A DNA stretch of 64,000 nt from Candidatus Latescibacterota bacterium (lineage in GTDB: Bacteria > Latescibacterota > UBA2968 > GCA-2709665). Both the position numbers and the translations under genes were made by a program. Positions 58,746-64,000 of the stretch are shown one piece after another. Within the stretch, counting starts at the first letter, position 1. Every line of letters starts with the position of its first letter. The notes beneath the pieces were generated by a model. It searched no databases, had not been told where the DNA came from, and worked only from the letters and a program-made list of their open reading frames with translations. The DNA lies in NCBI GenBank assembly GCA_965248435.1, contig OZ252100.1:2688001-2752000 (forward strand), written 5' to 3'.

Positions 58746-59929
58746 AGCCGGTTGCTCACCAATCGCGCTTGGCCCGAGTAAGGGGCGAATTTTACCCTGG
58801 GCAATTCACCGGAGTTTTCCTTGCTGCTTTTCCCGATGTTGATCAGGGTTCCGGTGGCGATCATCGTCAACAAAAGTGAGGATCCGCCGTAGCTGATAAA
58901 GGGCAGGGGAAGCCCAGTGGTGGGCAGAAGACCGATACAGACACCTACATTCACAAACGCATAGACGAGGACCATGAACGTAATCCCGGATGCCAACAAG
59001 AACCCGAATCCATCCGTTGCATTGCGAGCAATCTGGAGACCGATTCGTCCAAACATCATAAAGAGCAGGACAAGCCCGCCGGCGCCAACCAATCCCAGTT
59101 CCTCGCCCACGATACTGAACACGAAATCGGTGTGGGGTTCTGGCAGGAAAAGGTACTTCTGCAGACTCTGTCCCAACCCCAGTCCTGTCAGGCCTCCACT
59201 TCCGAGGGCGAGAAGCGACTGAGCGACTTGGTAGCCGGTTCCGTGAAGGTCCTGTTCGGGATTCAAGAACGAGAGAATACGTTCTTTTCTGTAACCCAGG
59301 GTGAAAATTGTGAGATACAGGAAGGGCAACAAGGCCAGCAGGGTCGCTATAAGATGCCAGAGTCTGGCCCCCCCAAGATAGAGCATCAGGGCGCACGTCA
59401 GGCCTACAGCCATGGCCGTTCCGAGATCGGGCTGCAAGATAATCAAGAACGTAGCGGCACCCACGACCGCCAGATGAGGCAGGTATCCTCGCCTGAAATT
59501 GCGGATAAGAGCGTGGTGCCGGCTGAGCGAATGAGCTAGATAAACCACAAGGGCCAGCCTCATTAGATCCGAGGGTTGAAAGCTGCCACCGGGAATCGGA
59601 ATCCAGCGGTAAGCGCCACGTACTTTTCCAATACCCAGGACCTTGAACGCGATGACCACGAGCAAGCCCAGAAAGCCAAGCATGAGAACGTAGCTGGACA
59701 GCTTTGCCCAGCGTCGGTAGTTCACGCGCATCATCACATACATCGCAATCAGACTGACGACCGTTCGGAGCACCCATCGTTTCAGGAAGAAGGAGTCGCT
59801 CTCGAATCTAACGTGAGCCAGTACGGAGCTTGCACTGTAGACCATCACCGTCCCGAACCCGACCAGCACAACGGCCAGAAGCATCAAGAGCTGAGCCTGC
59901 CGGTCACCCGCTCCGATGGAATTTGTCAT
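58742..59929 (-). CDS. ftsW: Peptidoglycan polymerase FtsW
   Basis: MVYSAS, QPDLGT, PEPHTDF, LPFISYGGSS. Confidence 0.95.
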   Translation of the reverse strand: MTNSIGAGDRQAQLLMLLAVVLVGFGTVMVYSASSVLAHVRFESDSFFLKRWVLRTVVSLIAMYVMMRVNYRRWAKLSSYVLMLGFLGLLVVIAFKVLGIGKVRGAYRWIPIPGGSFQPSDLMRLALVVYLAHSLSRHHALIRNFRRGYLPHLAVVGAATFLIILQPDLGTAMAVGLTCALMLYLGGARLWHLIATLLALLPFLYLTIFTLGYRKERILSFLNPEQDLHGTGYQVAQSLLALGSGGLTGLGLGQSLQKYLFLPEPHTDFVFSIVGEELGLVGAGGLVLLFMMFGRIGLQIARNATDGFGFLLASGITFMVLVYAFVNVGVCIGLLPTTGLPLPFISYGGSSLLLTMIATGTLINIGKSSKENSGELPRVKFAPYSGQARLVSNRL

Positions 59930-59986
59930 GGAAAGTGTCAAACTGGGGTGGGAAACGAAACTGAGAAGAGGGAAATGCTCGATTGG

Positions 59987-61411
59987 TTACCGAGCGTCTT
60001 CTTCGGGTGACGGCTGGGGGTGGGATCCGAGCGCTTCTCCTACCTCTTCCATAGCCAGTCCCCTTGAACCCTTCAGCAACACGAGATCGCCCGATTCAAG
60101 AAAGTTTCTTAAACCGGCGACGAGGTCTGTTTTAGAAGCAAACGCTCTGGACCGGTCCTTAGGGAGTCCACCTGAAAGGCCGCCCATAGCAACTTCGGAA
60201 GCCTGGTCTCCCAGGGCAAACAGCGCGTCCACGCCCAGGCCTGCTGCCGCTTGACCGATTTCTCGATGGGCTTCGGGAGCTCTCGGACCCAGTTCAAGCA
60301 TATCCCCAAGCACCGCCACGCGCCGACCCCCTTCCTTGACCGACATCCGGAGAAGCATCTCAAGAGCCGCACGCATAGAATCCGGATTCGCATTGTAGGA
60401 ATCATCCAAAAAGCGAATCCCCCCGGACTCCAAGACCTGGCTTCTGAGTTCATAAGGGCGAAAGGTGCCCAGCGCCGATGAGGAATCGGCGATGGGCACA
60501 TCGAGCGCCGCGCCCACGGCTGTAGCCGCCAGGGCATTGTAGACATTGTGCCGCCCCGGCACGGCCAGATGAAATGAATGGCCCTGTAGAGAGTAATGAC
60601 CGCAGCCCTCCTGATCCAAGATGAGTCCCTCCCCACGAAACTGACATATCTTTTCGATGCCAAAGCCAAGGAGTCTCCCCTTGATTGTTGCTCTCTCCCT
60701 GGACATTAACAGGTCATCGATATTTAAGATAGCCATCGAAGACTCATCTAGATACTCCAGGAGTTCCCCTTTGGCCTTAGCCACCCCCTCTACAGAGCCA
60801 AAGAACTCCAAATGCGCTGGTCCAATATTTGTGATGACACCGATCGTCGGATCCGCAATTTCGCACAGGTAAGTCAACTCGCCAAACTTGCTGATACCCA
60901 TCTCGATAACGGCGACTTCGTGTTCGCTTGAAAGCCTGAAGAGCGTTAGTGGAACACCGAGTGGGTTGTTCAGGTTTCCTTCGGTGCTGAGCACGCGATA
61001 TCGCGTTTTCAGCACCGCTGCCGTCATCTCCTTCGTCGTCGTCTTTCCGTTGCTTCCGGTAACCGCCACGACCGGCAGGTCAAATCTGCTTCGGTACGCT
61101 CGGGCCAGATGTCCCATTGCCAGGTCGGGAGCGTCCGTGATAACCAAAGTTCCATGCCGACCCGCCCCTGGCCCCTGCGATCGATACCACGCTCGAGAGA
61201 CAACTGCCGCGACCGCCCCCCGTCCAAATGCCTTTTCCACGAATTCGTGGCCGTCCGCGCGACTGCCTCCGAGGGCGAAGAAAATCTCCCCGGCGTTCAA
61301 GGTTCGTGTATCGATCGATCCACCGGTCGGATAGAGGCCAGATGGATCCAGATCTGTTTTGAGATCTCCCCCTACAGCCTCCACGACATCTACAAGCGTG
61401 AATCCTTCCAT
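59987..61411 (-). CDS. murF: UDP-MurNAc-tripeptide--D-Ala-D-Ala ligase
   Basis: TGSNGKTTTKE, DSYNANP, GDMLELG, KGSRG. Confidence 0.96.
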   Translation of the reverse strand: MEGFTLVDVVEAVGGDLKTDLDPSGLYPTGGSIDTRTLNAGEIFFALGGSRADGHEFVEKAFGRGAVAAVVSRAWYRSQGPGAGRHGTLVITDAPDLAMGHLARAYRSRFDLPVVAVTGSNGKTTTKEMTAAVLKTRYRVLSTEGNLNNPLGVPLTLFRLSSEHEVAVIEMGISKFGELTYLCEIADPTIGVITNIGPAHLEFFGSVEGVAKAKGELLEYLDESSMAILNIDDLLMSRERATIKGRLLGFGIEKICQFRGEGLILDQEGCGHYSLQGHSFHLAVPGRHNVYNALAATAVGAALDVPIADSSSALGTFRPYELRSQVLESGGIRFLDDSYNANPDSMRAALEMLLRMSVKEGGRRVAVLGDMLELGPRAPEAHREIGQAAAGLGVDALFALGDQASEVAMGGLSGGLPKDRSRAFASKTDLVAGLRNFLESGDLVLLKGSRGLAMEEVGEALGSHPQPSPEEDAR

Positions 61412-61468
61412 ATCTTGCTGCCGTTGTGGCCTCAGATGATCCCGGTCTTCGCCACGGCGCGCTCCAGT

Positions 61469-62926
61469 TTATGACAAATCATCCAGCACTTCCCTGGCGA
61501 TCTCACGGTCATCGAAATGAATTCGTTCCCGCCCTACCTCTTGATAGTCCTCGTGTCCCTTCCCGGCAATCAACACGACATCCCCTTCCTTCGCCTTTCT
61601 GATCGCGGCCTCGATCGCCAAACGTCGGTCCGGTTCGACCTCGTAGCGCGCCGACCCCAACCCGGGCAGGATGTTTTGGATGATTGCATCCGGATCCTCG
61701 GTCCTGGGGTTGTCTGAAGTCACGACCGTAAGATCGGCCAGTCTGCTCGAGACCTCGCCCATCTCCGAACGTTTACCCGGGTCCCGATCTCCGCCACAGC
61801 CAAAACACACAATCACTTTCGCACTTGTCAGCGACCGAGCTGCCTTGAGCGCGTGATTCAATGCTGCAGGAGTATGAGCGTAATCCACGATTACCCCGAA
61901 GGGATGGTCTCCTTCGATCGCTTCGAACCGGCCCGGTACTTGAACACGCCTGAGCGACTCTGTGATCAGATCGGAGGCGACTCCCGAAACGAACCCGGCG
62001 GCAACGGCCGCTGCCGCGTTCCAGAAGTTGAAGCGGCCCCGAAGGGAAAGGTCCAGATCAAGCACCCCGTCGGGTGTCTGAACGCTCAGCTTCACGCCTT
62101 TCCAATCGGCCCGTCCCTCAAGGATGCGTACTGCAGCACCTTCGGCCCGACCATACCCCACGACCTCTCCCGAACATCTGGCGAGAAGCGCGTGAGTTAC
62201 AGGATCGTCTAAGTTGACAATTGCGTTGGCTTGTGAATCCAGGTTTTCAAAGAGCAGGGCCTTCGCGGCCAGGTACGCTTCAGATGATTCGTGAAAATCG
62301 AGATGATCTCGACTGAAGTTTGTAAAAACAGCTGTTTCGAATCGGATGCCGGCGACGCGATCCAGCGCCAATCCGTGTGAGGTGACCTCCATCACAACAG
62401 ATTTGCATCCGGAACCTCTCATCTCAAGGAGCAGGCTGTGGAGCTCGTTCGCCTCGGGTGTCGAGTTCGTCGACCTCTCGCTACGGTTTCCGAGCTTGTA
62501 CTCAATCGTACCGATCAAACCGGGGAGCAAACCGGCCGACTCAAAGATTGCGTGAATCAGGGCGGCGGTTGTGGTCTTACCGTTTGTGCCGGTAACGCCC
62601 ACGACCCGAAGCGTCTTCCAGGGTTCCCCTGTAAAGCGTCCCGAAATCTCAGGAAGTGCGCGGCGCGCTGACTCGACCTGCACGACCGCCGCCGAACCCG
62701 CAGGAACATCCTCCTCTACCGCAACGGCCACTGCCCCAGCTGCGACTGCCTGAGATGCGAACGCGTGCCGGTCGACTTCTTGACCCCCTCGGATCGCAAC
62801 AAACAGATCGCCAGGCCGAACCTTCCTGGAGTCGGTAGCAAGGCCGGTGACTTCAGGGTTGCCGCCCCTGATCTTTCTGGCCCCCGGGAGCCCAACGATC
62901 AGATCTTCCAGCCGCATAGTCCCCAT
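61469..62926 (-). CDS. murE: UDP-MurNAc-dipeptide--meso-DAP ligase
   Basis: TGTNGKTT, DHLDFH, DYAHTP, DNPR (meso-DAP type), AGKGHE. Confidence 0.96.
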   Translation of the reverse strand: MGTMRLEDLIVGLPGARKIRGGNPEVTGLATDSRKVRPGDLFVAIRGGQEVDRHAFASQAVAAGAVAVAVEEDVPAGSAAVVQVESARRALPEISGRFTGEPWKTLRVVGVTGTNGKTTTAALIHAIFESAGLLPGLIGTIEYKLGNRSERSTNSTPEANELHSLLLEMRGSGCKSVVMEVTSHGLALDRVAGIRFETAVFTNFSRDHLDFHESSEAYLAAKALLFENLDSQANAIVNLDDPVTHALLARCSGEVVGYGRAEGAAVRILEGRADWKGVKLSVQTPDGVLDLDLSLRGRFNFWNAAAAVAAGFVSGVASDLITESLRRVQVPGRFEAIEGDHPFGVIVDYAHTPAALNHALKAARSLTSAKVIVCFGCGGDRDPGKRSEMGEVSSRLADLTVVTSDNPRTEDPDAIIQNILPGLGSARYEVEPDRRLAIEAAIRKAKEGDVVLIAGKGHEDYQEVGRERIHFDDREIAREVLDDLS

Positions 62927-62973
62927 CCTCTTCCCATTCCCATCCGCCGTTCAAGGTCCAAAGCATCTGCAGC

Positions 62974-64000
62974 CTACCCCTCTCTCCTTCCACAGGTCAC
63001 CTCGCAGAAGCTCCCTGGAGACACACTCGTACCTGCACGAGGGGCCTGTTGCACCACCCAACCGCTGCCTGAGGCCTTGACGCGGAGACCGGCAGACGTT
63101 AGCTGATAGATCGCCTGCCTCAGCGGAATGCCGGTGACATCTGGCGTACGCACCGCTCGGCCTGACTGAAAGGGTCCTGGCGAGTCAAGGTAGACAAGGG
63201 CTTCCTGAGAATCGAGGCCGTGTCCAACCCTCTGTGCGACAACCCGGTTTCCTCTACCCAGCGCCCGGGATTCGATTCCATATCGGGCCAGAACGCGTGA
63301 CGCCGTCTTTCGAGTGAGTCCGGCAACCTCCGGACGCGGCCGCTTCACTCCAGGGTCGGGAGACAGGCTCAGGGAGGCCGCTCGGTGGCGCAATCCCGTA
63401 TTTCGAAGACCCAGTATGCGCCGCATGATGCGACTGAAGACCGGGGCGGCTACCTGACTGCCCCAGTGGATTTCCTTTGGACTGTCCACGATCACCACGC
63501 AGAGGAGCTCCGGCCGATCGGCAGGCATGAATCCGATAAATGATGAGACGAACTGGTCTGGATCGTAGCCGGCTTCATTCTCGAGTGCGCGTTGCGCTGT
63601 GCCGGTCTTGCCGGCAACCCGATAACCCGGAACCTGTGCCTGGGAACCCGTCCCGCGTAGAACGGTCCCCTCCAGGAAGGTGGTGATGAGACGAGCCGCC
63701 CGGGTCGAAATGACCTGCCTGACAACCTCGGGCGCTCCTGAAAGCAGAGTAGAGCCGCTCGCTTGTGCCCTCAGCATGATTCTGGGAGCCATCAACCTCC
63801 CCTCGTTGGCAATCGCGCCGTATGCCGCAGCCATCTGAAGCGCGGTTACCCCGATCTCCTGCCCTATCGAAATCGTTTCGAGTGATCGCTTGGACCACAA
63901 GGACGGGTGCTTCGCCTCCCCCGCCACCTCACCCACCAGGTCAGACCCGGTTCTCGTCCCGTAGCCGAACAGCCTCACATATCGGTTCAGACCGGCGGGC
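62974..64000 (-). CDS. ftsI: Class B PBP FtsI with PASTA domains (5'-truncated by window edge)
   Basis: SIGQ, KTG motif (AGKTGTAQ), C-terminal PASTA (TPDVTG...QQAP). Confidence 0.9.
   Translation of the reverse strand, partial: PAGLNRYVRLFGYGTRTGSDLVGEVAGEAKHPSLWSKRSLETISIGQEIGVTALQMAAAYGAIANEGRLMAPRIMLRAQASGSTLLSGAPEVVRQVISTRAARLITTFLEGTVLRGTGSQAQVPGYRVAGKTGTAQRALENEAGYDPDQFVSSFIGFMPADRPELLCVVIVDSPKEIHWGSQVAAPVFSRIMRRILGLRNTGLRHRAASLSLSPDPGVKRPRPEVAGLTRKTASRVLARYGIESRALGRGNRVVAQRVGHGLDSQEALVYLDSPGPFQSGRAVRTPDVTGIPLRQAIYQLTSAGLRVKASGSGWVVQQAPRAGTSVSPGSFCEVTCGRREG

Overview
GC-rich bacterial chromosomal window with about 55 protein genes; I saw no rRNA, tRNA, CRISPR array, integrase or transposase. 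The gene content is compatible with an FCB-related lineage such as Latescibacterota, but that is only an impression. From left to right: three consecutive tandem paralog pairs (unknown protein, GT-C/TPR glycosyltransferases, Asp-box proteins) downstream of a family-B DNA polymerase II; scattered metabolic genes; a locus with AT-rich flanks holding an HTH-pentapeptide gene between two related candidate small-RNA hairpins; an ECF sigma/soluble zinc anti-sigma operon carrying modified, orphan flagellar C-ring genes (fliM-fliN-fliG-fliN); a PAS kinase/sigma54 activator pair followed by a consensus sigma54 promoter that reads into a structured ~130-nt ORF-less RNA; and a dcw cluster lacking mraY-murD. 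The two best candidates for undescribed systems are (1) the repurposed C-ring module, in which FliG carries an apparent fused FliF C-terminal helix and has no torque domain, FliM lacks the CheY-binding motif, and a mini-MotA lies 7 kb away, and (2) the two-component-system-linked sigma54 small RNA. Four genes each have a single-base deletion, most likely sequencing error. All family assignments come from motifs recognised by eye, not from database searches.
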